The notes: a model not told the origin generated them from the letters alone. 64,000 nucleotides of DNA from Clostridia bacterium (GCA_017510245.1 JAFWNQ010000013.1:82720-146719), one strand, 5' to 3'; counted from the first letter of the stretch, positions 1 through 10,599 are shown. Numbers and translations: made by a program.

Positions 1-706
1 TGGAGCAGCAGCTTTGGACAAAAATGTTTGCAAGGATTTTTATGCATGGGGATTTGACATAGTACAAGGATATGGACTTACAGAAACATCACCAGTGCTA
101 TCTGGTGAAAACTTGGAGAAATTCAGATTTGGTTCAATTGGAATGGCTATGAGTAATGTAGAGATAAAAATAGATAATCCAGATGAAAATGGAATAGGTG
201 AGCTGATTGCACGAGGACCAAATGTTATGCTTGGATACTATGATGATGAGGAGGCAACAAAGGAAATAATTAAAGATGGTTGGATATATACAGGTGATTT
301 AGCATATAAGGACAAAGATGGATTCATTTTTATTACAGGAAGAAAGAAAAATGTAATAGTATTAAAGAATGGTAAGAATATTTTCCCAGAAGAACTAGAA
401 CAAGTAATTAATAAAAGACCTTATGTTATAGAAAGTATGGTATTTGGTTATCCTAAGGGAGATGATTTTGTAGTTTCTTGCAAAGTAGTATATGACAAAG
501 ATTATATGAAAGATGAATTAAAACTGGAAGATGAAGATGAGATACAAAAATACATTTGGAAAGAAATAAAAGAAATAAATAAAGATATGCCACAATATAA
601 ACATATTAAAAAGTTGTACATTTCTGATGAAGAAATGGTTAAAACAAGTACAGCTAAAATTAAGAGATTCCAAGAAATAGATAAAATAATAGAAAATGAT
701 ATATAG
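1..706 (+). CDS. AMP-dependent synthetase / long-chain-fatty-acid--CoA ligase, C-terminal part (5' end outside window)
   Basis: The frame is open to the window edge; the track ORF starts at an internal TTG. GYGLTETSPV and GWIYTGDLAYKDKDGFIFITGRKKNVIVLKNGKNIFPEELE match the ANL-superfamily C-terminal half. Confidence 0.8.
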   Translation, partial: GAAALDKNVCKDFYAWGFDIVQGYGLTETSPVLSGENLEKFRFGSIGMAMSNVEIKIDNPDENGIGELIARGPNVMLGYYDDEEATKEIIKDGWIYTGDLAYKDKDGFIFITGRKKNVIVLKNGKNIFPEELEQVINKRPYVIESMVFGYPKGDDFVVSCKVVYDKDYMKDELKLEDEDEIQKYIWKEIKEINKDMPQYKHIKKLYISDEEMVKTSTAKIKRFQEIDKIIENDI

Positions 707-730
707 AAAAACGTCATATAGGGGGATAAA

Positions 731-1705
731 ATGGATAAAGAAAAGAATATTGCAATTATTTTGTGCTTTATTATTGGAATAATATTGATGTCACTAGGAG
801 TATTTCAAATTATAAAGACACATAGCTATTCTAAAACAACAGGGGAATTCACATATAGTGAAGAGCCTAAAAAAGAATCTAATCCTAATTATTACATATG
901 GCATTATAAGTTTACTGTCAATAATACTACTTATTTTACAAAATCTAAAACAGAATTTGTAAGAAAACCAGCTTCTAATAAAATAACAATCTATTATGAT
1001 TCTACAAATCCAGAAAAAAATAAATTAGCTAATGATTATACTAGTTATTATTTGATTATTATTGGACTAATTTTCTCAAGTGTAATATGTTTTTATTCTA
1101 AAACAAAAGTTGAAGAAGAAAATGAAGAAACAAATGCAAGAAATGATGCAAAAAAAATGGGATGGTTTATCTTATTATTCATTGGGGGATTTTTCTTTAT
1201 TATTCTTAGTGAATATGAATTTAGAATCACCGCAATGTTATTATCTATGTTTATACCTACTATACTACTTATTGCTTTTCTCATGATTGGTGTCAAACTT
1301 TTAATAAATGCATATAATCCAAATCATATATTTAAATATGAGTACAAAGATGGAACAAAAGCAGTTATTGATAGTTCTGATAATAATACGAGTAATGATG
1401 AATTAGCTAGTAGAGTTAATGATGTATTAAGCAGTGAAGAAACGAAAAATAAGGTATTTTTTATAAAAGGCATTATTCAGATTGCTATAGGGTCTTTTAT
1501 ATGTTTTATATATTCTATTCCAGCACTTATGGTTTTATTGGATATGCTTGGCAAGATTAATGGTTCTTATAAAATAGATGGTAAAGAAGTTACAGCAATC
1601 CAGTTTTTAAAATACACAACACTAGGATTTGGATTATTTTTCTTAATCCCTGGAATTATCTTAATAGTTTCTGGAATAAAAAAAATAAATAACAAAAGGC
1701 TGTAG
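731..1705 (+). CDS. multi-pass membrane protein, N-terminal DUF3592-like module, function unknown
   Basis: 324-aa ORF. A TM helix is followed by a soluble stretch (TTGEFTY..WHYKFTVNNTTYF..ITIYYDSTNPEKN) and then several hydrophobic helices. Confidence 0.6.
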   Translation: MDKEKNIAIILCFIIGIILMSLGVFQIIKTHSYSKTTGEFTYSEEPKKESNPNYYIWHYKFTVNNTTYFTKSKTEFVRKPASNKITIYYDSTNPEKNKLANDYTSYYLIIIGLIFSSVICFYSKTKVEEENEETNARNDAKKMGWFILLFIGGFFFIILSEYEFRITAMLLSMFIPTILLIAFLMIGVKLLINAYNPNHIFKYEYKDGTKAVIDSSDNNTSNDELASRVNDVLSSEETKNKVFFIKGIIQIAIGSFICFIYSIPALMVLLDMLGKINGSYKIDGKEVTAIQFLKYTTLGFGLFFLIPGIILIVSGIKKINNKRL

Positions 1706-1782
1706 AAAAATAGAAATATTACAGAAAATAATTAAGTAATGAAACAAAAAAGAAAAGTCATCTTTGACTTTTCTTTTTTGTT

Positions 1783-2382
1783 TCATTTTAAAGTATTTTT
1801 AATAACATTAATTACTTCAGATTTCATTATCTTATAATCAATTCTAGGGTGTTTATGATATACAACTTCATGACAATAGTTATCAATTATTCCATACGCA
1901 ATATGAACTTTTTCTAAAGGATGGTCTATAATTATATTATTACTTTTTAATAATTCAACTATTTTTTCCGTCATCTCAAATTCTGATTGTTTAAAAATCT
2001 TAGCAACATCATCATCTAGATGAGACATAGCCATAAGCTCTTCATGAGCCTTCTTTGTAATTTTATGATTATCTATAAAGCTATTGATAGTTTTATCAAT
2101 TACTTCATCAATGTTATCTAATTTTAATTCTTGATTTTTAATTACTGATAGCATAGGAAACATTATTGAATTAGAATAGTTTCTAACACCCTCAATAAAA
2201 ATCTCCTTTTTATCATTAAAATACTGATATATAATACCAGTGGAAACTCCAGCATACTTAGCTATATCAGGAGTGGATACGTTAAAATATCCTTTTTCAC
2301 ATATAAGTTCAAAGCCTTTTTCAACAATTCTATCTTTTTTTTCAATAGCACTTTTGTGCTTAGGAATTCTAACCTCAGACAT
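1783..2382 (-). CDS. TetR/AcrR family transcriptional regulator
   Basis: N-terminal HTH: IVEKGFELICEKGYFNVSTPDIAKYAGVSTGIIYQYFNDKKEIF. I moved the start to ATG 2382, which has a GGAGG 8 nt upstream. Divergent from the ABC exporter. Confidence 0.85.
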   Translation of the reverse strand: MSEVRIPKHKSAIEKKDRIVEKGFELICEKGYFNVSTPDIAKYAGVSTGIIYQYFNDKKEIFIEGVRNYSNSIMFPMLSVIKNQELKLDNIDEVIDKTINSFIDNHKITKKAHEELMAMSHLDDDVAKIFKQSEFEMTEKIVELLKSNNIIIDHPLEKVHIAYGIIDNYCHEVVYHKHPRIDYKIMKSEVINVIKNTLK

Positions 2383-2597
2383 GATTTTGACCTCCAAAAT
2401 ATATTATACAAGGAAATTATTAATAAATCAATAAAATATAAGAATAAAGTGACATAAAGCCTTAAAGTAAATATTAAATTATGGTAACATATTAATACTT
2501 TTCTTTGCTGTAAGGCAGTACTTTTTAGTATGGAAGGTACATATTATCATTTTGGGAAAATAAAGTCAAATATAGTTAAGTATATTTTAAAAGATTA

Positions 2598-2626
2598 TTG
2601 ACTTTAATTATAATAAGAAGTATAAT
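2598..2626 (+). promoter_or_regulatory. sigma-70-type promoter of the ABC exporter operon
   Basis: TTGACT (2598-2603), 17-nt spacer, TATAAT (2621-2626). Confidence 0.5.
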
Positions 2627-2634
2627 GTTTTAAA

Positions 2635-2654
2635 ATATGAAAAAAGTTTCATAT
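2635..2654. promoter_or_regulatory. palindromic candidate TetR operator
   Basis: ATATGAAA-AAAG-TTTCATAT. The 8-nt arms are perfect and lie between the -10 box and the RBS of the ABC ATPase gene. Confidence 0.4.
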
Positions 2655-2667
2655 AAAAGGAGGATCA

Positions 2668-3378
2668 ATGAAAGAATTAATAAAATTTAAAAATGTAAAG
2701 AAAACATATAAAACTGGTGAAAAGACATTTAATGCATTAGATGGCGCAAGCTTTAATATAAATAAGGGTGAACTTGTAGTTATTCTAGGGCCATCTGGTG
2801 CAGGCAAGTCAACTATATTAAATTTGCTTGGTGGTATGGATAAAGCTACATCTGGTGACATAATTATAGATGGGGAAAATATTGCAAAATACAATGATAA
2901 ACAACTTACAAACTATAGAGCTGAGAATATTGGCTTTATTTTTCAATTCTATAATATATTACCCACATTAACTGTTTTAGAAAATGTTGAAATAGTAAAT
3001 GATATTGTAAAAGAACCTAAAGATGCTACTGAAATATTGAAAGAAGTAGGTTTAGATAAACATGCCAATAGATTTCCTAATCAACTTTCTGGGGGGGAAC
3101 AGCAAAGAGTTAGTATAGCCAGAGCAGTTGCGAAAAAACCTTTATTACTATTATGTGATGAGCCAACTGGTGCTCTAGATTCTAAAACTGGAGTTGAAAT
3201 TTTAAAACTACTAAAAACACAATGTGAGAGTAATAATGGAGATAATACTGTAGTAATAGTTACTCACAATAGTTTAATAGCTGAAATAGCTAATAGAGTA
3301 ATTAAAATAAAGAATGGAAAAGTTGAAAGTAATAATATTAATAAAACTCCTAAGAAAATAGAAGAAATAGAATGGTAA
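2668..3378 (+). CDS. ABC transporter ATP-binding protein (MacB/FtsE-like)
   Basis: Walker [10 protein letters not shown], signature [14 protein letters not shown], Walker [13 protein letters not shown]. Confidence 0.9.
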   Translation: MKELIKFKNVKKTYKTGEKTFNALDGASFNINKGELVVILGPSGAGKSTILNLLGGMDKATSGDIIIDGENIAKYNDKQLTNYRAENIGFIFQFYNILPTLTVLENVEIVNDIVKEPKDATEILKEVGLDKHANRFPNQLSGGEQQRVSIARAVAKKPLLLLCDEPTGALDSKTGVEILKLLKTQCESNNGDNTVVIVTHNSLIAEIANRVIKIKNGKVESNNINKTPKKIEEIEW

Positions 3379-3491
3379 GTTTTATCGATTAGTAGAAATA
3401 AAAAATTGAGCTTTAGAATAAGCTCACACAGAGGAGCAAACAATATGAAATACAATAAATAAGTGTAATTGCATAAGTAAGGGGGATTTTT

Positions 3492-5876
3492 ATGACTAAA
3501 CTAACTAAAAAAATGATTAGAGATATAAAGCTTAATTTATCTCAATTTATTACAATATTTTTAATGGTAATGATTGGAGTAATGGCTTATTCAGGTATAG
3601 AAGCATATATGAATGGAATGATTAATGCTGCTGATAAGTTTTATTCTGAAAACAATTTACAAGATTTAAATATAATGGGAATAGGCTTTTCTAAGGAAAA
3701 TTTGGATAAGATAAAAGATATAAATAATGTAAAAAATGCAGAAAGAAAATTAGTATTAAATGCAATTAACAGTTATGATAACGATAAAGGATATCTAATT
3801 TCTTTTATAGAATCAAATGAAATATCAAAGTTTTATGTTTCGGAGGGTGAAGAATTTGATGTAAATAAATCTGGAGTATGGCTTGATAAGTTTTATGCTG
3901 ATGAAAACAATCTACATGTTGGAGACAAAATAAAATTCAAGTATGATAGTTTAGAATTAGAAGAAAAGATTTTGGGAACCATTCAAGTTCCTGACCATTT
4001 ATATGATGTAAAAGATGAATCCGAATTATTACCAAACCGTGAGATTTATGGATTTGCGTATGTATCTGTGAATGAAATTCCTGAGAGTTATATAAAAAGT
4101 GAAGTAATGAAAAATATGAATATAGAGGATGAAACTATATTTGATATGTATGTAAAAGACTTTAACTACAAAGAATATATTCCTTATAATTATATTATGG
4201 TAGATGTTGATAATACGGAAGAGATTAGTCAAGTTAAAAAAGAAATAGAAGATACTATAGAAAATGCATTAGCTATAATAAATATTGAAGATACTCCATC
4301 TTATCAAATGTATCAAGGAGAAATAGATGAAGGAAAAGCATATGTAGGTGTATTTTCAGGTCTATTCTTGTTTATAGCTGTGCTTTCAGTAATAACAACA
4401 ATGACTAGGGTAATTAATAAACAAAGAATACAAATAGGTACACTAAAAGCTTTAGGATTTAAAGACTTTAGAGTACTTACACATTATGTAGGATATGGCT
4501 TTTGGGTATCGCTACTTGGGGCTTTGTGTGGATTAATTGCAGGTAGATTTTTTATAGGTGAAGTATTCTTGGGAATGGAAATGGATTATTTTGAGGTACC
4601 AAATGGAGTTCCTATAATAACTATTCAAAGCTATATTGTTGCAGGATTAGTAACGTTAGGTATTTCACTAGTTACATACTTGACTTGCAGAAAACAGTTA
4701 AGAGAAAATCCTGCTGAGACATTAAGACTTGAATTGCCAAAGGTAAAATCTAATAGTTTGAATATAACAACTAAGGGCTTTTTTAAAGAAACAGGATTTT
4801 CTACAAAGTGGAACATAAGAGATATAGTTCGCAATAAAATAAGAACTATAACAGGTATTGCAGGTATAACTGGGTGCTGTTTATTAATAGTATGTGCATT
4901 AGGCATGCTTAATAGTATGAACTATTTTATAGAATTACAGTTTGAAGACTTATATAATTTTAATTATAAGCTATCACTGAAAGAAGATATATCTGATGAA
5001 GATACAAAAGAATTAGAAGATAAATATGGTGCAAATACATCAAAGACATTAGGAATAGAAATAAAAGATAAAGATGGTAATAGAAATTCAAATAATATAT
5101 TTGTTTATGATGCAAATGAATATGTTAGATTTCATGATGATAAGGATAATTACATAAATATTGACAATGACGGAGGAATATATGTAACTTATAAGTTAGC
5201 TGAGACAAAAGGATATAAGTTGGGAGATATAATTAATTGGCATATATATGGAGACAACAACTATTATGAATCTGAAATTGTTGGATTCAATAGAGATCCA
5301 CAAAATCAAAATGTTACAATGACCAGGAATTATTTAGAAAGCTTGGGAATAGAATATAAACCTGATACAATATACACTAATTTAGATTTATCCAATAATA
5401 AAGATATACAAAATGTAGAATCGGTTCAAGATATTAATACTTTGAAAGATAGTATATCAGAAATGCTTAGTATGATGAAATCAATGATAATTATAATAAT
5501 AGGAGTTGCTGTAGTACTAGGGGTTGTAATAATATATAATATGGGAGTTCTTTCTTATAGTGAAAAACAATATCAATTTGCAACATTAAAAGTATTAGGA
5601 TTTACCGATAAAAAAATAAAAAGCATATTTATAAAACAGAACAATTGGATTGCAATTATTTCAATAATTCTGGGGCTTCCTGGAGGAAACTATTTAACAG
5701 ATTGGCTCTTTAAGGCTGCAATAGATGAACAATACGATTTTGGAACTCATATTAATGTTGAAACCTATATAATAGCTGCAATTGGAACATATCTAGTATC
5801 ATATTTAGTGTCAAAAATACTTTCAAAGAAAATAGAAAAAATAGATATGGTTTCAAGTTTGAAAAGTAATGAATAA
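3492..5876 (+). CDS. ABC transporter permease, duplicated FtsX-type (MacB-like)
   Basis: 794 aa. Two FtsX modules (QIGTLKALGF.. and QFATLKVLGF..), each followed by TM helices, are separated by large extracytoplasmic segments. Adjacent to the ATPase. Confidence 0.85.
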   Translation: MTKLTKKMIRDIKLNLSQFITIFLMVMIGVMAYSGIEAYMNGMINAADKFYSENNLQDLNIMGIGFSKENLDKIKDINNVKNAERKLVLNAINSYDNDKGYLISFIESNEISKFYVSEGEEFDVNKSGVWLDKFYADENNLHVGDKIKFKYDSLELEEKILGTIQVPDHLYDVKDESELLPNREIYGFAYVSVNEIPESYIKSEVMKNMNIEDETIFDMYVKDFNYKEYIPYNYIMVDVDNTEEISQVKKEIEDTIENALAIINIEDTPSYQMYQGEIDEGKAYVGVFSGLFLFIAVLSVITTMTRVINKQRIQIGTLKALGFKDFRVLTHYVGYGFWVSLLGALCGLIAGRFFIGEVFLGMEMDYFEVPNGVPIITIQSYIVAGLVTLGISLVTYLTCRKQLRENPAETLRLELPKVKSNSLNITTKGFFKETGFSTKWNIRDIVRNKIRTITGIAGITGCCLLIVCALGMLNSMNYFIELQFEDLYNFNYKLSLKEDISDEDTKELEDKYGANTSKTLGIEIKDKDGNRNSNNIFVYDANEYVRFHDDKDNYINIDNDGGIYVTYKLAETKGYKLGDIINWHIYGDNNYYESEIVGFNRDPQNQNVTMTRNYLESLGIEYKPDTIYTNLDLSNNKDIQNVESVQDINTLKDSISEMLSMMKSMIIIIIGVAVVLGVVIIYNMGVLSYSEKQYQFATLKVLGFTDKKIKSIFIKQNNWIAIISIILGLPGGNYLTDWLFKAAIDEQYDFGTHINVETYIIAAIGTYLVSYLVSKILSKKIEKIDMVSSLKSNE

Positions 5877-5932
5877 TTATGTTGCGCATTTCTAATTGAT
5901 ATGATAAAATTTTCATAGAAAGAAGGCTGTGT

Positions 5933-7795
5933 ATGAATAAAGAAGTAAAGAATAAACTAATACAAATAGTTTTATCAGCTATTTCCTTTATAATTGCTGT
6001 AATTATAGAAAGAAATATGAACCTGCCTATGTGGGAGAATTTATTGGTATTTTTGGTACCATATTTAATTGCTGGATATGATGTGCTAAAAGAAGCCGTT
6101 GAGAGTATTTTAGAAGGGGAATTTCTAGGAGAAGACTTTTTAATGACTATCGCAACTGTAGGTGCATTAGCAATAGGATTCTTACCAAATACAGAATCAC
6201 AATTTGCTGAAGCGGTTTTTGTAATGTTGTTTTTTAAGATTGGAGAACTTTTTGAGGAAATTGCAGAAGAAAAAAGCGAAAAAGCAATTTCTGAGCTAAT
6301 GAACATTAGACCAGACTATGCAAATATCGAAAAAAATGGAAAACTAAAAAAGGTAAAACCTGAATCAATTGAAGTAGGTGATATAATTGTAGTAAAACCT
6401 GGTGAAAGAATACCTTTAGATGGCATTATAAAAGATGGAAAAAGTAGTTTAAATACAGTTGCATTAACAGGAGAGAGTATTCCAAGAGATGTTAATGAGG
6501 GAGATACTGCAAATTCAGGATGTATTAACTTATCAAGCTTAATTAAAATCAAAGTTACAAAAATATTTGAAGAGTCTACTGCTTCTAAAATAATAGATTT
6601 AGTTGAAAATGCTGCTGAAAACAAATCACAAAGTGAAAAGTTTATTACTAAGTTTTCAAAGTATTATACTCCTGTAGTTGTTGTGACAGCTCTTGTTCTA
6701 GCATTTATTCCACCAATTATTTTGGGAAACTTTTCGATATGGCTAACAAGAGCATTAACTTTTTTAGTAGTATCATGTCCTTGTGCACTAGTGATTTCTG
6801 TACCATTAACATTTTTTGGAGGAATAGGTTGTGCTTCTAAAAAGGGAATACTTATTAAAGGAGCTAATTATATAGAAAAGCTTTCTAAAGTAAAAACAGT
6901 TGTGTTTGATAAGACAGGAACTTTAACAGAAGGTGTATTTGAAGTTACTGCTGTACATCCTGAAATATATGATGAAAACAAACTATTGCATTTAGCAGCA
7001 CACGTTGAAAGATATTCAACACATCCTATTGCGCTTTCTCTAAAAGAAGCTTATGAACATGAAGATGATGATTGCTCAGTTTCAGAAATAAAGGAATATT
7101 CAGGAAATGGTATTAAAGCTAAAGTGAATGAGGATATTGTTTATGTTGGAAATTCAAAAATGATGAATGAAATAGGAATAAAATGGAAAAAGTGCAAACA
7201 CTCAGGCACAATAGTTCATGTTGCTATTAATGATGAATATTTAGGCCATATAGTAATTTCTGACAGAATAAAAGAAGAAGCAACTGAAACAGTAAGAGAA
7301 ATTAGAAAAAACAAAATAGGAACAATAATGCTTACTGGTGATCAGGAGAATGTTGCAAAAGCAGTTGCTGAAAAAATAGGAATTGATAAATACTATTCTG
7401 AGCTTCTTCCACAAGATAAGGTGTCTAAATTGGAAGAAGTAATTAGTACTAACAAAGAATATACTGCATTTGTTGGTGATGGAATAAATGATGCACCTGT
7501 TTTAGCAAGATCTGATATAGGAATTGGAATGGGAGGAATTGGATCTGATGCGGCAATAGAAGCAGCAAATGTTGTTATAATGGATGATAAAGTGTCAAAA
7601 ATCTGTAAAGCAATTGAGATTTCTAGAAGAACTCTTATGATTGCTAAAGAAAATATTGTATTTGCAATAGGAATTAAAATACTTGTATTGATACTTGCAT
7701 CATTAGGACTTGCAACTATGTGGATGGCAGTGTTTGCTGATGTGGGTGTAACAGTAATTGCAGTTATCAATGCAATGAGAACTTTATATAAATAG
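5933..7795 (+). CDS. heavy-metal (Cd/Zn/Co-type) P1B-type ATPase without N-terminal metal-binding domain
   Basis: DKTGTLT, SCPCALV (CPC motif), STHPIA (HP motif), GDGINDAP. Confidence 0.9.
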   Translation: MNKEVKNKLIQIVLSAISFIIAVIIERNMNLPMWENLLVFLVPYLIAGYDVLKEAVESILEGEFLGEDFLMTIATVGALAIGFLPNTESQFAEAVFVMLFFKIGELFEEIAEEKSEKAISELMNIRPDYANIEKNGKLKKVKPESIEVGDIIVVKPGERIPLDGIIKDGKSSLNTVALTGESIPRDVNEGDTANSGCINLSSLIKIKVTKIFEESTASKIIDLVENAAENKSQSEKFITKFSKYYTPVVVVTALVLAFIPPIILGNFSIWLTRALTFLVVSCPCALVISVPLTFFGGIGCASKKGILIKGANYIEKLSKVKTVVFDKTGTLTEGVFEVTAVHPEIYDENKLLHLAAHVERYSTHPIALSLKEAYEHEDDDCSVSEIKEYSGNGIKAKVNEDIVYVGNSKMMNEIGIKWKKCKHSGTIVHVAINDEYLGHIVISDRIKEEATETVREIRKNKIGTIMLTGDQENVAKAVAEKIGIDKYYSELLPQDKVSKLEEVISTNKEYTAFVGDGINDAPVLARSDIGIGMGGIGSDAAIEAANVVIMDDKVSKICKAIEISRRTLMIAKENIVFAIGIKILVLILASLGLATMWMAVFADVGVTVIAVINAMRTLYK

Positions 7796-7826
7796 TACAT
7801 AGGTTAATAAAAAGTATATAGTGGGG

Positions 7827-7872
7827 ATGTTTCTAAATTCTTATAAATGTGAGTTTAGAAACATTCTTTTTT
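7827..7872 (+). terminator. intrinsic terminator
   Basis: ATGTTTCTAAA (7827-7837) pairs with TTTAGAAACAT (7854-7864), followed by a T run. Confidence 0.6.
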
Positions 7873-8022
7873 ATATAACAAAGTATTATTCTTTTATGAT
7901 GAGATTAAGTATTATTGTATTAAATTAAGATTGTTTAAAATATGCTTTTTTAAATTATATTGTATTGAAAATTGATAGTTATTGTGGTAAAATTTTTGAT
8001 ATACACAATGGAGGAATAGTAA

Positions 8023-8655
8023 ATGAAATATAATAGATTAATTTTTTCTACAAAAAATCAAGGAAAATTAGAGCAGGTAAGGAATTTACTAATAATTAAT
8101 AATGTAGAAGGTATAGATATTATCTCAGAAAAAGATGTTGGATTTTTAGACGAAGTAATAGAAGATGGAAAAACTTTTGAAGAAAACTCAGAAAAAAAAG
8201 CAAGAACATTATATAATTATTGTATTGAAAACAATATTAATTTAGACAATACAGTAATTTTTGCAGATGATTCAGGTTTGTGCATTGATAAATTGGATGG
8301 AGCACCAGGAATTTATTCTGCTAGGTTTGCTGGAGAAGGTGCTACTGATGATGAAAAAAGAGAAGAAATAATGAATGTTATGAAAGAGTATGAAACTACA
8401 GAAGATAGATCTGCTAGTTTTGTAACTGTGATGACTGGAATACTACCTAATGGAGAAAAAATAGTTTCAAGGGGTGAATGCAAAGGAAGTGTAACAAAGG
8501 AGATTGGAAAAACATTTAGTAAGTTAACATACAATCCAATATTTGTACCAGCAGGATTTGAGAAGCCAATATCAGAAATGAATGAAGAAGAGTTTAAACT
8601 TGTTCCTCACCATAGAGAGATGGCTTTAATGGGGTTAATAAGACAGATATTATAA
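8023..8655 (+). CDS. rdgB: non-canonical purine NTP pyrophosphatase, bacterial RdgB/Ham1 type
   Basis: STKNQGKLEQ and FADDSGLCIDKLDGAPGIYSARFAG motifs. Confidence 0.85.
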   Translation: MKYNRLIFSTKNQGKLEQVRNLLIINNVEGIDIISEKDVGFLDEVIEDGKTFEENSEKKARTLYNYCIENNINLDNTVIFADDSGLCIDKLDGAPGIYSARFAGEGATDDEKREEIMNVMKEYETTEDRSASFVTVMTGILPNGEKIVSRGECKGSVTKEIGKTFSKLTYNPIFVPAGFEKPISEMNEEEFKLVPHHREMALMGLIRQIL

Positions 8656-8715
8656 TACTTGAAAAAAAATAATAACTGTGTTAAATTATTTATAAAGTTT
8701 ACCAAGGAGGAATTG

Positions 8716-8934
8716 GTGTTGAAGAATAATGAAAAAGGTATCACTTTAGCTATGCTAGTAGTTACGATAATAGTAATGCTTATATTGGCAGGGGTAACAT
8801 TAAAAGAACTATCAGAAGATGGCGTTGTTTATGAAGTAAAAAATGCAACACAAAACCAACAAAAAACAATAGATGATGAACAAAAAAAGATGGATGAAGA
8901 AAAAAATGAGCAATTAAAAGATTGGGGATTTTAG
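8716..8934 (+). CDS. 72-aa pseudopilin-like leader protein (stub paralog of the island cassette genes)
   Basis: GTG 8716 lies 5 nt after AAGGAGG. NEKGITLAMLVVTIIVMLILAGVTL is near-identical to the N-termini of the genes at 40106, 42749 and 46074. Confidence 0.55.
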   Translation: MLKNNEKGITLAMLVVTIIVMLILAGVTLKELSEDGVVYEVKNATQNQQKTIDDEQKKMDEEKNEQLKDWGF

Positions 8935-8937
8935 TAA

Positions 8938-9666
8938 ATGTATAGCTTTTTTGTTGATGATGAAAATATAGTGGATAATTATGCTTACGTTGAGGGAGAT
9001 GACTATAATCACATTAAAAATGCATTGAGAATGAAAGAAGGCGAAATAATAAAGATATGCAATAAAAAAAATGGGGACAGTTTTAAAACAAAGATTGAAA
9101 AGATAACTGATACAGAAATACAATGTGCTATTATTGAAAAAATGGATTCAACAGAGTCGAGTGTCAAAGTTGTTATATATCAAGGTTTACCAAAATCAGA
9201 TAAAATGGAATACATAATTCAAAAGTCTGTTGAATTAGGAGTATACAGCATTGTTCCAGTTGAGATGAAATATTGTATAGCCAAAATGAAAAATCATGAA
9301 AAGAAAACTAAAAGGTGGAATTTAATTTCTGAGGCTGCTGCAAAGCAAAGCAAGAGGAGTATTATTCCAAAAATAGAAAATGTTATTGATATAAAAAAGT
9401 TATGTGAGGAAATAAAAAAATATGATTTATCAATTGTGGCCTATGAAAAGGAAAATAAAAAAAGCATAAAAGAATTAATTTCAAATAAGAATAAATTAAA
9501 AGCAATTGCTATAGTGATTGGCCCAGAAGGTGGAATTGACGAATCAGAGGTTGAAATGTTAGAAAAAAATGGAGCTGTATGTGCAACCTTAGGAAAAAGA
9601 ATTTTAAGAACGGAAACTGCTTCAAGTGCAATATTAAGTATGATTATGTATGAATATGAATTATAA
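8938..9666 (+). CDS. rsmE: 16S rRNA (uracil1498-N3)-methyltransferase
   Basis: RsmE-type C-terminus IGPEGGIDESEV ... LGKRILRTETA. Confidence 0.85.
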   Translation: MYSFFVDDENIVDNYAYVEGDDYNHIKNALRMKEGEIIKICNKKNGDSFKTKIEKITDTEIQCAIIEKMDSTESSVKVVIYQGLPKSDKMEYIIQKSVELGVYSIVPVEMKYCIAKMKNHEKKTKRWNLISEAAAKQSKRSIIPKIENVIDIKKLCEEIKKYDLSIVAYEKENKKSIKELISNKNKLKAIAIVIGPEGGIDESEVEMLEKNGAVCATLGKRILRTETASSAILSMIMYEYEL

Positions 9667-9740
9667 AATAATTAATGGAATATAATTCTTTTAAGACTTT
9701 TATATGATTTTGAGCATTGAATGAAAGGAAAAAGATTTTT

Positions 9741-10235
9741 ATGAGAAAGAAAAAAGACGAAAAAGTGCTAGAAAATGAGGATGAGAAAGTTGAGATTAAA
9801 GAGGAACACCTTGAAAAAATTGCAAAAGAGATAGATGATAATAAAAGCAAAAGTATTACTAAAAAAGAAATAAAATATAAGAATATTATTAGAAATATTT
9901 TAATAGCTATTTGCATTATTATTTATTTTGCTCTTTTATTGTTTGGAAAAGGGAAAATCTCAACTATAGATTATATAAGAATACTTAAAACAATTATTGC
10001 TATTGATGTGTTAGTTTCTATAGTATTATTTGAAATTTCGATGAAAAAGGATAATATAGAAATAGGAATACATGGCTTAGAAATGATTTTTGTTGGTGGT
10101 TTCACAGTATATATTTTGGAACTATTTAATACACAAAATAATAATATAAACATTTATTTTTCTATTTTTATAGGTATTACAGTAATTTACTATATAGTAA
10201 AATCTATAATTCTAGCAATAAAAAAGAAATTATAG
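9741..10235 (+). CDS. membrane protein, function unknown
   Basis: K/E-rich N-terminus followed by four hydrophobic helices. Start taken at ATG 9741 (the track start is TTG 9717). Confidence 0.55.
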   Translation: MRKKKDEKVLENEDEKVEIKEEHLEKIAKEIDDNKSKSITKKEIKYKNIIRNILIAICIIIYFALLLFGKGKISTIDYIRILKTIIAIDVLVSIVLFEISMKKDNIEIGIHGLEMIFVGGFTVYILELFNTQNNNINIYFSIFIGITVIYYIVKSIILAIKKKL

Positions 10236-10300
10236 ATTTGACTAATTAAGAAAAATGTTGTAAAATTAATTTCATATCTTTAATTTGAAAGGAGAAAAAA

Positions 10301-10564
10301 ATGTTAGTTAAACCTACAGTAGCAGAACTTTTAGAAAAGGGTGAAAATAGATATAGATTAGTAATAGCTACAGCAAAAAGAGCAAGACAGATTTCTGCTG
10401 GTAGTAATCCAATGATAAAAACAGAGGATACATCACCAGTATCTGTTGCAGCAGATGAGATTGAAGAAAGTGCAATTAAAATATATGATGATGAAGAATG
10501 GAAAGAAATTCAAAGTCATATTATTCATAGTACATCTACACAAACTCAAAAAAATGAAGAATAA
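10301..10564 (+). CDS. rpoZ: DNA-directed RNA polymerase subunit omega
   Basis: 87 aa; the NRYRLVIATAKRARQI core is typical of RpoZ. Strong RBS AAAGGAG. Confidence 0.85.
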   Translation: MLVKPTVAELLEKGENRYRLVIATAKRARQISAGSNPMIKTEDTSPVSVAADEIEESAIKIYDDEEWKEIQSHIIHSTSTQTQKNEE

Positions 10565-10599
10565 TTTGTAATAATAAATGAAAAAGGGGATGTAAACAA

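Noticed and set aside
3445-3462. Five-codon mini-ORF (MKYNK) with a GAGGAG RBS between the ABC ATPase and permease genes, after a small hairpin
   Set aside because: It could be a leader peptide, but such short ORFs with purine-rich upstream sequence arise easily by chance in AT-rich DNA. There is no attenuator-like alternative structure.
5752-6306. 184-aa minus-strand ORF overlapping the end of the permease and the start of the P-type ATPase. Similar shadow ORFs occur at 6316-6624, 7393-7800, 17657-18097, 44243-44674 and 50789-51232.
   Set aside because: All lie antisense to genes with clear family motifs. All translate to S/F/I/L-rich low-complexity sequence and lack start contexts.
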